This document shows positions 56,806 to 64,000 of a DNA stretch of 64,000 nt, piece after piece. A program made the translations under genes and the position numbers. The notes under the pieces were generated by a model. That model was not told the origin of the DNA, made no database searches, and saw nothing but the letters and a program-made list of their open reading frames with translations. Position 1 is the first letter of the stretch. Each line of letters starts with the position of its first letter. The stretch is from an archaeon (GTDB taxonomy: Archaea > Undinarchaeota > CAZHTU01 > JBDRCC01), in contig JBDRCC010000020.1 in the NCBI GenBank assembly GCA_043822065.1, forward strand, positions 64,001 through 128,000, in the 5' to 3' direction.

Positions 56806-57186
56806 GGCGACTGCTGAAAATGATTTTCCGCTTTTCTCAGCCGCCGCCCTGCTTACTTTGTACTTCTGCCCTTCGGTCCTCTCCAGCCCTTCTGGCGGCA
56901 GAAACCTCCAGTCCTCATAATTGAACCTGACTCCGATAAGCGCCTGTGCCCCGAACTTTTTCGAGAACTCTAAAAGGCCCTCCACCTGCTCCGGTTCTAT
57001 ATACACTGTCGAGCTCTTGGACGCCTTGCACTCAACCGCGAGTATTTTCTTCCCGTTCCCCACAATAATGTCCGGTGCCGGGTACCTGCTTACCCCGGAG
57101 CCGGCAGACCTCACCACACCGTAGCCAGCGTCATAAAACATCTGCATAAGCTCCCTTTCAAGCCTTGAGCCCTTTTTTGACGACAT
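56800..57186 (-). CDS. hjc: Holliday junction resolvase
   Basis: KGSRLEREL, RSAGSG, PDIIVG, VECK. Confidence 0.94.
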   Translation of the reverse strand: MSSKKGSRLERELMQMFYDAGYGVVRSAGSGVSRYPAPDIIVGNGKKILAVECKASKSSTVYIEPEQVEGLLEFSKKFGAQALIGVRFNYEDWRFLPPEGLERTEGQKYKVSRAAAEKSGKSFSAVAS

Positions 57187-57243
57187 TTTTGCGTTTTGAA
57201 GCTAAAGTATTTATAGCTCCTTGGATTTTATAACGTAGGGGAC

Positions 57244-57792
57244 ATGGATAATAGAATAATTACTGTCAAAGAGGCTATGACGCCCGAGGTTAAGACGGTC
57301 AGCCCTTCTGACAGCCTTGAAAAAATATCGAAGTTTATGGTTGACCACCACATCGGCTGTGTTGTTGTTTCAGATAAAAAGCCGGTTGGGATAGTAACCG
57401 AGGCAGACGTAGTAATGGCTGTTTCGCAGGGGATGGACCCAAAGAAGCTGAAGGCCCAGGAGATAATGACCTCGCCGGTTATTTCTGTTAATCCACACGA
57501 AGATGTCATAGAGGTTTCGAAGAAGCTCTCAAAATACAACATACGCAGGATTCCAGTTATGGACGGGGACAAGCTTTTGGGGATAGTGACCTCCCACGAC
57601 CTGCTCAGGGTTGCGTCCGAAGAGGAAGCCATCCTGTCGGAGATTGTCGACGTCCGCCTTGGCCACATTTTCGGCTCAAAGAAGCACAGGTACTTCACAG
57701 GCAGGTGCGAGGTCTGCACCGAATATTCTGACTTCCTGAGGGAAATAAACGGCAAGCTTGTCTGCCAAGAATGCGTTGATTCCGAAGCATGA
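57244..57792 (+). CDS. CBS pair plus C-terminal Zn ribbon protein
   Basis: Two CBS repeats; GRCEVC..LVCQEC. Confidence 0.88.
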   Translation: MDNRIITVKEAMTPEVKTVSPSDSLEKISKFMVDHHIGCVVVSDKKPVGIVTEADVVMAVSQGMDPKKLKAQEIMTSPVISVNPHEDVIEVSKKLSKYNIRRIPVMDGDKLLGIVTSHDLLRVASEEEAILSEIVDVRLGHIFGSKKHRYFTGRCEVCTEYSDFLREINGKLVCQECVDSEA

Positions 57793-58517
57793 TACTAAAA
57801 GACATACTGGTTAAGCCAGTCACAATCGACTGTGCACAGTTAGCGACGAAGGCGCGCGCCATCCTCAAGAAAAAAAAGGCTAATTACCTGATTGCCACTG
57901 AAAAAGGGAGGCCTTCAGGGATAATCGACCTCAAGCACGTCATCCGGCTGAAGGACAAAAAGTCAAACCTCCTCTGCAAGAGCCTGGCTGAGCCGGTAAG
58001 GGCGATATTCTCGCCTGACCTGCCGCTGCTTGATGCCGCAAAGCTCCTGCTCACATCAAAGTCAGAAGTTGGGATTGTCCTTGAAGCCGGGAAAATGCGC
58101 GGCGTTGTCGACTACCCTGCTCTGCTTGATGGCTTTATAAAAGCAAGATACGCTCCGAAAAAAATGGCAGTCTCCGACCTAAAGCCTTCGATGCTTTCAA
58201 TCAGCTCAAAGTCCTCAGTCAGTGCGGCGCTGAAGCTGCTGTCTGATGCGCCGGCTGTTGCAGTCCTCCAAGGCAGCAAGGTAGTAGGCGTTGTCTCAAG
58301 GCACGACTTCCTCCGCCACAGCGAAATGCGGCAGGGCGGCAGGCACATTAGCGGGGCTACAAATTCCCCTGCCGTAACCGTGGTGCCGGGCTCAACGGTA
58401 GCCGGTGCGGCAAAGATGATGGTGTCGAAAGGGCTTTCCCTTCTCCCTGTGGTCGAAGGGGATTCATTCGCAGGATCAATTACGGCTGCAGACCTCGTGT
58501 CTGCTTACGTGGGGTGA
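57789..58517 (+). CDS. CBS domain protein (4 repeats, degenerate)
   Basis: GIID, GVVD, GVVSRHD, GSITAADL. Confidence 0.8.
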   Translation: MILKDILVKPVTIDCAQLATKARAILKKKKANYLIATEKGRPSGIIDLKHVIRLKDKKSNLLCKSLAEPVRAIFSPDLPLLDAAKLLLTSKSEVGIVLEAGKMRGVVDYPALLDGFIKARYAPKKMAVSDLKPSMLSISSKSSVSAALKLLSDAPAVAVLQGSKVVGVVSRHDFLRHSEMRQGGRHISGATNSPAVTVVPGSTVAGAAKMMVSKGLSLLPVVEGDSFAGSITAADLVSAYVG

Positions 58518-58520
58518 AAC

Positions 58521-59405
58521 ATGCAAAACAGGATACGGGATTCGTTAAGGAAAACATTCAACAGAAGGATTTCTGACTACGGCCCGGTTGACTTCGGCAC
58601 GCACAGAGCAGAGAAGCCCTCGCAGATACTCCCAATCGCCTCAAAGAAGGTCGTCAGCGTTACCAAGACCACCCCGATAAAAAAGGCAACCCAGGTGATG
58701 GCTGAGATGGGCGTTAGGAGAATACCCGTCGTGGACCCGGGGACAAACCGGCTTGTCGGCATATTCACGTCCACTGACGTAATGGACTTTTTGGGCGGAG
58801 GGCAGAAATCGAAGCTTGCCGACAACATAAGCAAGGCGCTGAACTATCCAGTCGGCCGCCTCATGGAGGAAAAGGTAAGAACACTCTCCGAGAGCTCAAC
58901 AATTACTGATGCGGTTGATACATTCCTCTCCGTCGGCGTAGGGGGCGTTCCGGTAGTCGGCAAAAAAGGCGAGCTTATCGCAGTTCTGACAATACGCGAC
59001 TTAATGCACCTTATCGCTGGCAGGGATACCGGCGTAAAAGTGCGCGACGTCATGTCCAAGCCAGTGGTCGCAAGCCCCAACATGGGGGTCACAGACGTCA
59101 CAAAGGTCATGGTCCGGAACAACTACTTCCGGCTCCCAGTTGTGGAGAATGACACCGTTGTCGGGATGATAACTTCCATGGACCTTGTAAGGGCGGTTGC
59201 GAGCTCGGAGATATTCAGCCCGAGCATTCTGGTCAAGGACGTCATGACAAAGAAGGTCACGGCAACTAGGCCTGAAACAGACATAGGGCAGATAGCCCAG
59301 ATAACGTACGAGCGCGGAACCGGGGCATTCCCAGTGATATCCCAAAACAAGCTCGTAGGCATAATAACCGAGTACGACGTAATGCGGGGTGCATTTAAAA
59401 AATGA
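58521..59405 (+). CDS. CBS domain protein (4 repeats)
   Basis: RRIPVVD..LVGIFTSTDVMDFLGGG, GGVPVV, RLPVV, GIITEYD. Confidence 0.9.
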   Translation: MQNRIRDSLRKTFNRRISDYGPVDFGTHRAEKPSQILPIASKKVVSVTKTTPIKKATQVMAEMGVRRIPVVDPGTNRLVGIFTSTDVMDFLGGGQKSKLADNISKALNYPVGRLMEEKVRTLSESSTITDAVDTFLSVGVGGVPVVGKKGELIAVLTIRDLMHLIAGRDTGVKVRDVMSKPVVASPNMGVTDVTKVMVRNNYFRLPVVENDTVVGMITSMDLVRAVASSEIFSPSILVKDVMTKKVTATRPETDIGQIAQITYERGTGAFPVISQNKLVGIITEYDVMRGAFKK

Positions 59406-60157
59406 TAGCCAAGGACTACCTAGAGCAGACCTTCTCCGTAGAGGCGAACGACACACTCTCCCATGTAAAGAAAATGATGCTGCGGCACAAGTCCACTTTT
59501 GCCCTCGTCTTTGACAACGGGGCGTTCTCAGGGCTCATAACTGCCAAGAGCATGCTCCAGAAAAACAAGACAGGCGCAAAATGGAAGCGGCGCAACGTCG
59601 AGCTTCTCCTTGCGAGAAACGCAACCCTGCCAAACGTCCCAGTTATAACTCCGGACTACTCCGCTGCGAATGTCGCAAAGCTTCTGGTGCGGGATTCGCT
59701 TCCAGCGGTTCCAGTCAGCGACGGCAAAAAAATAATAGGCGTCGTCACAAGGTACTCACTCCTTGAGCACTTCAACAAGAATTACAAGAACGCGTACAAG
59801 GTCTCAGACCTCATGCACAAGGACATAGTCACCGTCAACAAAATGCACTCGGTAAAGCATGCGCACCAGCTCCTCTTCAAGAGGGACCTGACCAAGATTG
59901 TGGTAGAAGATGAGCGGATGCCAATTGGCGTCGTTACGGACCGGGACCTGCTGTTCAAGTCCGAGGACGGCGCGCAGGTAAAGGACATCATGTCCAAGGG
60001 CGTCTATACTGTGAAGCCGACCGATGACGCAGCCGCAGCAGGCGCGCTGATGCTGAAATACCGGGTTTCAAGCCTTCCAGTGGTGGGGGCGGCCCTAATG
60101 GGCGTGCTTACCCGCTCAGACCTAATAAAGAAGATCAAGGAGCCGCAGGGCAGATAG
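59402..60157 (+). CDS. CBS domain protein (4 repeats)
   Basis: GLIT, GVVT, GVVTDRD, GVLTRSD. Confidence 0.87.
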   Translation: MIAKDYLEQTFSVEANDTLSHVKKMMLRHKSTFALVFDNGAFSGLITAKSMLQKNKTGAKWKRRNVELLLARNATLPNVPVITPDYSAANVAKLLVRDSLPAVPVSDGKKIIGVVTRYSLLEHFNKNYKNAYKVSDLMHKDIVTVNKMHSVKHAHQLLFKRDLTKIVVEDERMPIGVVTDRDLLFKSEDGAQVKDIMSKGVYTVKPTDDAAAAGALMLKYRVSSLPVVGAALMGVLTRSDLIKKIKEPQGR

Positions 60158-60169
60158 GATGGAGGAAAA

Positions 60170-60940
60170 ATGAAGATATCAAGCATTATGCAAAAAGACG
60201 TTACGACGATTGACAAGGACGAGACGGTCCACAACGCCATCTCAAAAATGTCAAAGGCATCCGTTTCCAAGCTTCCGGTCTTGAACAACGGGAAACTAGT
60301 TGGCATAGTCACCTATTCCGACCTGCTAAAGGTCCTTGGCTCGTCAAGGCAGCAGGCAGTGCCGACCCACATTCACGTCAGCAATGCGATGCAGCGTGAC
60401 GTCAAAATTGCGAGTGAGGATCACGAGCTTTCCCATGCCGCCAGCCTTATGGTCACCTACGGCATATCCTCGCTTCCGGTCATGCGCGGCGACTCCATAG
60501 TCGGCATAGTGACAAAGACTGACCTCGTTGGAACTTTCACGGACAAGGCCGCCAAGGTAAAAAGTTTGATGATCCATCCGGTAACGATCTCTCCGACCGA
60601 CCGGATAGTGCATGCGCGCGAGATAATGTTCAAAAAGGGCATCTCAATGCTGCCTGTTGTCGACGATGGGGAAGTTCTCGGGACAATAAATGAGGGGCAC
60701 ATAGCTGAGACGCTGGACGTCTTCAGGCGGAAAACAGAAAAGCACCAGGCGAAGCGCGTTGCAGAGATACTCGTTGAGGACATCATGTCCAGGGAAATCC
60801 CGTCAACTACCCAAGATACCTCGGTCGTCGACGCAATAAAAGCCATGAAGCAAAAGGGGACGACATCGCTTCTCGTCATGGACAAAGGCAAAGTAGTGGG
60901 CGTCTTTTCTAAGACAGATATACTCCCTCTTCTGAGGTAA
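60170..60940 (+). CDS. CBS domain protein (4 repeats)
   Basis: GIVTYSD, GIVTKTD, LPVVD, GVFSKTD; GGAGG SD upstream. Confidence 0.9.
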   Translation: MKISSIMQKDVTTIDKDETVHNAISKMSKASVSKLPVLNNGKLVGIVTYSDLLKVLGSSRQQAVPTHIHVSNAMQRDVKIASEDHELSHAASLMVTYGISSLPVMRGDSIVGIVTKTDLVGTFTDKAAKVKSLMIHPVTISPTDRIVHAREIMFKKGISMLPVVDDGEVLGTINEGHIAETLDVFRRKTEKHQAKRVAEILVEDIMSREIPSTTQDTSVVDAIKAMKQKGTTSLLVMDKGKVVGVFSKTDILPLLR

Positions 60941-60962
60941 CCTATATAAAGCATGTCCAAGA

Positions 60963-61289
60963 ATGAGTAAGTACATCCTAAATCCTACTGATTCTGGGTG
61001 CGAATTGCGCATCCAGGTATCGGCAAATTCCAAAGATTTCAAGATTACAGGATTAACATTTGATAATGTCGTAAAAATCAAGTGTACCCAGCCCCCTTTA
61101 GAGGGCCGCGCCAACCGCGAGATCGAGTCTCGCCTGGCTGAATTCTTTGGAGCTAAGACACAAATAAAGCAAGGCAGTGAAAAAAGCACTAAAAAGTGGG
61201 CTGTTATTGACCTCCCAATTGGCGAGGCCAAGGCAAAGCTCGACAAAGTGCTCGCTGCAACGGAGGAAAAATGGCAAAAATCGCGTTAG
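60963..61289 (+). CDS. DUF167 (YggU-like) protein
   Basis: PPLEGRAN.EI..LA..FG, IKQG..S..K. Confidence 0.8.
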   Translation: MSKYILNPTDSGCELRIQVSANSKDFKITGLTFDNVVKIKCTQPPLEGRANREIESRLAEFFGAKTQIKQGSEKSTKKWAVIDLPIGEAKAKLDKVLAATEEKWQKSR

Positions 61290-62587
61290 CGACTGAAAAG
61301 TACATCATATATGCAAAGTTCGAGGCGGCAGGAATCGTTGAGAAGCCTGACATTATCGGAGCAGTTTTCGGGCAGACCGAGGGGCTCCTCGGCGACGAGC
61401 TCGAGCTAAGGGAGCTGCAGAAGAGCGGAAGGATAGGGCGGATTGACGTCGACCTGTCGACCAGGGACGGAAGGTCGGAGGGCGTCATAAAAATCCCATC
61501 GTCCCTCTCCAAGGAGGAGACCGCACTCGTCGCAGCTGCAGTTGAGACCATCGACAGGGTTGGCCCCTGCGAGGCAAAGCTGAAAATCGACAAGGTCGAA
61601 GACGTCAGGATGGAAAAGCGCCAGTACATCATGGGCCAGGCTAAGAAAATACTGGACGGCATGATTGTCTCAAGCGTCGGGTCATCCGAAATGTCCCGGA
61701 CTGTCAAGAGCGATTACCGCATCTCAAAAATTGGGAGCTACGGCTCCGACGCGCTTCCGGCGGGGCCGGAGGCAGAGTCCTCAAGCGAGATAGTGCTCGT
61801 TGAGGGCAGGGCTGACGTCCTGAACCTCCTGAAGGCAGGGATAAAGAACTGCGTTTCAATAGAGGGCACGGCAATACCCCCGTCCGTCGTTCAGCTGTCA
61901 AAAGACAAAAGCGGAACAATTTTTGTCGACGGCGACCGCGGCGGAGACCTAATAATCAAGGAGCTTATGCAGAAGGCAAGGGTTGACTTCTTTGCGAAGG
62001 CGCCGGATGGAAAGGAGGTCGAGGAGCTTACCCAGAAGGAGATTCTCCAGTGCCTCCGGAACCGGAAGCCAATTGCGGAGTTTTCGACATATCCGACAAG
62101 GCAGCCCGCAAGGGACTACTCTGACCGGCCCTCTCGGGGCTACTCTGAGCGGCCCAGGCGGGAATACTCAAGCAGGTCTTCGAGCAGCCGGGATGGCAAG
62201 CCCCGTGTGCGGCGCGATTCCCACAGTGATGTGCCTTACAGGTCCTCGCACGACACAGACGAGCCGCGCGAAAGGGCGCCATTCGCGCCCTCGCGGAAGT
62301 TCCCAGAGTTCCAGCCATTCATGAGGCGGGCTATGCAGTACAGCTCAGCAATACTCCTCGGGCCTTCGAACGCCGAAATCGGCGAGGTTCCCGCGAAGGA
62401 GCTTTCGAAGGTTCTTGACGACCTTGGCAATGACTCCAAAGTCGAGGCAGTGGTCGTTGGCAGCACCGTGACACAGGAAATAGTCGACGCAGCCCAGCGG
62501 AAAGGCGTGAAATACCTTGCTGGCGCGCGCAGGATGTATTCCAAAAAGTCGCGGGACCTGACCGTCTTGGGGCTTTCAGACCTGTAG
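61271..62587 (+). CDS. dnaG: Archaeal DnaG (exosome-associated Toprim protein)
   Basis: GIVEKPDIIGAVFGQTEGLLG, RELQKSGRIGRI, VEGRADV, DGDRGG, GKEVEEL. Confidence 0.95.
   Translation: MAKIALATEKYIIYAKFEAAGIVEKPDIIGAVFGQTEGLLGDELELRELQKSGRIGRIDVDLSTRDGRSEGVIKIPSSLSKEETALVAAAVETIDRVGPCEAKLKIDKVEDVRMEKRQYIMGQAKKILDGMIVSSVGSSEMSRTVKSDYRISKIGSYGSDALPAGPEAESSSEIVLVEGRADVLNLLKAGIKNCVSIEGTAIPPSVVQLSKDKSGTIFVDGDRGGDLIIKELMQKARVDFFAKAPDGKEVEELTQKEILQCLRNRKPIAEFSTYPTRQPARDYSDRPSRGYSERPRREYSSRSSSSRDGKPRVRRDSHSDVPYRSSHDTDEPRERAPFAPSRKFPEFQPFMRRAMQYSSAILLGPSNAEIGEVPAKELSKVLDDLGNDSKVEAVVVGSTVTQEIVDAAQRKGVKYLAGARRMYSKKSRDLTVLGLSDL
62111..62182 (+). repeat. Degenerate 24-nt tandem repeat (x3) in dnaG
   Basis: Encodes RDYSDRPS / RGYSERPR / REYSSRSS. 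Confidence 0.7.
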
Positions 62588-62677
62588 CCAGCTTTTTCCA
62601 AACTGGCCCAAGAACAACCGCCGGCTTAGCAAGCCGGTCAGAACTATCTCCGAGCCAGGCAGCCGCCTGGCCGGCTA
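62585..62677. repeat. Triple GC-rich hairpin between convergent genes
   Basis: CCAG-CTTTTTCCAAA-CTGG; CCGGCTT-AGC-AAGCCGG; CCAGGC-AGCC-GCCTGG. Confidence 0.55.
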
Positions 62678-62890
62678 GATTAGGTTCATCTTTTTGGAAA
62701 CGTCCAGAAGCGTGTCGACGTCCTTCACGTCCATCGGGCCCACTATCCCGAACATCCATGGCTCTACGTCAGCGCCTATCTCCGCAATAGTATTTCCCCT
62801 GTAGTTTATCTTGACGTTGTAGCCGTTGTCCGCAAGCTCTTCGCACAACCCCTTTATCTTCGAGTATTTCCCGATAATCGAGTCTATCAC
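62675..62890 (-). CDS. Small hypothetical protein
   Basis: 71 aa, GTG start overlapping upstream stop (GTGA). Confidence 0.6.
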   Translation of the reverse strand: MIDSIIGKYSKIKGLCEELADNGYNVKINYRGNTIAEIGADVEPWMFGIVGPMDVKDVDTLLDVSKKMNLI

Positions 62891-63045
62891 TTCTCCCCCT
62901 TGAAAATCTCGCCTATTAAGTTTGGCTTCAGAATGTCGACGCTTATGTTTTTGCCGTCGCCAGTTATCCTGACTGCGACGTGGCCTTTTATCTTGATGTC
63001 CACCTCAGCCCCGGACTTCAGAAGCGCATCAACAATCTCATTCAT
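62887..63045 (-). CDS. Small hypothetical protein (52 aa)
   Basis: Manual translation MNEIVDALLKSGAEVDIKIKGHVAVRITGDGKNISVDILKPNLIGEIFKGEK; below ORF-track cutoff. Confidence 0.55.
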   Translation of the reverse strand: MNEIVDALLKSGAEVDIKIKGHVAVRITGDGKNISVDILKPNLIGEIFKGEK

Positions 63046-63123
63046 GCCATCTAAGAAAGCGCGTTACTTAATAACCTTTTTCAATGCAACACCCTAAAAA
63101 ACAAGCCCGCACTCTTATCCGGC

Positions 63124-63744
63124 ATGGGAATTGCCAGGCTCGCAAGTGACCTGCGGAAGCTTCCAATAGCGCAGGAGGTGGCTGACAGGGTATCCGAGTT
63201 CCGGCTTCTTGGAAAGAAGGGCAGCCAGGCGTGGTTCTCCGAGCTTAGCTTCTGCGTCCTGACTGCAAACGCGACCGCCCAGAAGGGGATTGAGCTCCAG
63301 GAAAAAATTGGGCACGGCTTTCTTACCCTGGTAGAAACGCAGCTCCAGGCAAAGCTGAAGTGCCACGGCTACCGCTTCCACACCAGGGCGGGCTTCATCG
63401 TATACAACCGCAGGTTCTCTAACCTCAAGGACATCATACTCCGGTTCCGGACGTCTGCCGAAGCCCGCGAATGGCTTGCCAAAAACGTAATGGGCGTAGG
63501 CTACAAGGAGGCGAGCCACTTCCTCAGGAACGTCGGCTTCATGGACGTTGCCATCCTCGACAGGCACATATTAAATGTCATGAAGGAGTACGGCGTCATA
63601 ATGGAAATTCCGAAGGCGCTGACGCCAAAAAAATACCTCGAGATTGAAAAAGCCCTTCTCCCGCTCTCAAGAACAACCAAGCTGTCCCTGGGGGAGCTCG
63701 ACCTCTACCTTTGGTACATGAAAACCAGCAAGGTGCTGAAATAG
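63124..63744 (+). CDS. ogg: 8-oxoguanine DNA glycosylase/AP lyase
   Basis: ELSFCVLTAN, GYRF, GVGYKEASHFLRNVG, AILDRHI, LDLYLWY. Confidence 0.94.
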   Translation: MGIARLASDLRKLPIAQEVADRVSEFRLLGKKGSQAWFSELSFCVLTANATAQKGIELQEKIGHGFLTLVETQLQAKLKCHGYRFHTRAGFIVYNRRFSNLKDIILRFRTSAEAREWLAKNVMGVGYKEASHFLRNVGFMDVAILDRHILNVMKEYGVIMEIPKALTPKKYLEIEKALLPLSRTTKLSLGELDLYLWYMKTSKVLK

Positions 63745-63776
63745 AGAACGGGTTTTGCGTCAAAACTGGCACGGTC

Positions 63777-64000
63777 CTAAAGTACGAAGTTGAAGACGTA
63801 TCCGAGCAAAAGTATCTGCGGCACGGTTATTACAGGCAGCCAAAGCGCCGTCCTCCTTCCAATGTTCGACCACAGCACGCCTATTTCGGTGTAATCAGTT
63901 GCAACGCCCGCCATGAGGAAGACAAAGCTGTTTCCGAATGCCCCAGTCTGCCTGAAAATCTCGAACGCCATTGGCGAGCTGCCCTCTGAGCAAATCTCAA
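63777..64000 (-). CDS. Permease (ArsP/DUF318-like), 5' end outside window
   Basis: EICSEGSSP, FLMAGVATDYTEIG. Confidence 0.78.
   Translation of the reverse strand, partial: EICSEGSSPMAFEIFRQTGAFGNSFVFLMAGVATDYTEIGVLWSNIGRRTALWLPVITVPQILLLGYVFNFVL

Noticed and set aside
1-64000. CRISPR array, rRNA, IS element, integrase or provirus
   Set aside because: No regularly spaced repeats, rRNA-length non-coding stretch, or transposase, recombinase or capsid ORF was seen

Overview
Gene-dense archaeal chromosomal segment. Archaeal markers include TopA, TFE, thermosome, aRF1, aMBF1, Hjc, PINA, archaeal DnaG, TATA/BRE promoters and BHB-type tRNA introns. An Ile(UAU) tRNA, a free-standing LAGLIDADG gene and a short aRF1 suggest a DPANN-like lineage with unusually full biosynthetic capacity; this taxonomy is inference only. 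Most of the window is housekeeping: a type IV pilus-like locus, pyrE-D-K-C-F, a ten-gene archaeal mevalonate plus ether-lipid operon, and five tandem CBS-only genes ahead of dnaG. The least explained signal is the RNA-rich 2-8.5 kb zone. It holds an AT-rich LAGLIDADG gene whose stop codon abuts an intron-containing tRNA-Ile(UAU), and two more intron-containing tRNAs. The tRNA-Ala intron shares a hairpin motif (18/20 nt) with a structured intergenic element. An unannotated box C/D sRNA has a D' guide that predicts Gm2251 in the 23S P-loop. Other candidates are a pilin with a two-TM leader, a tailed coiled-coil histone-fold protein, a HAD phosphatase inside the prFMN-dependent mevalonate operon, catalytically degenerate Mrr-like and fibrillarin-like proteins, and an R/S repeat in DnaG. 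No CRISPR array, rRNA, integrase or IS element was seen. All calls are from manual motif reading; no database searches were run.
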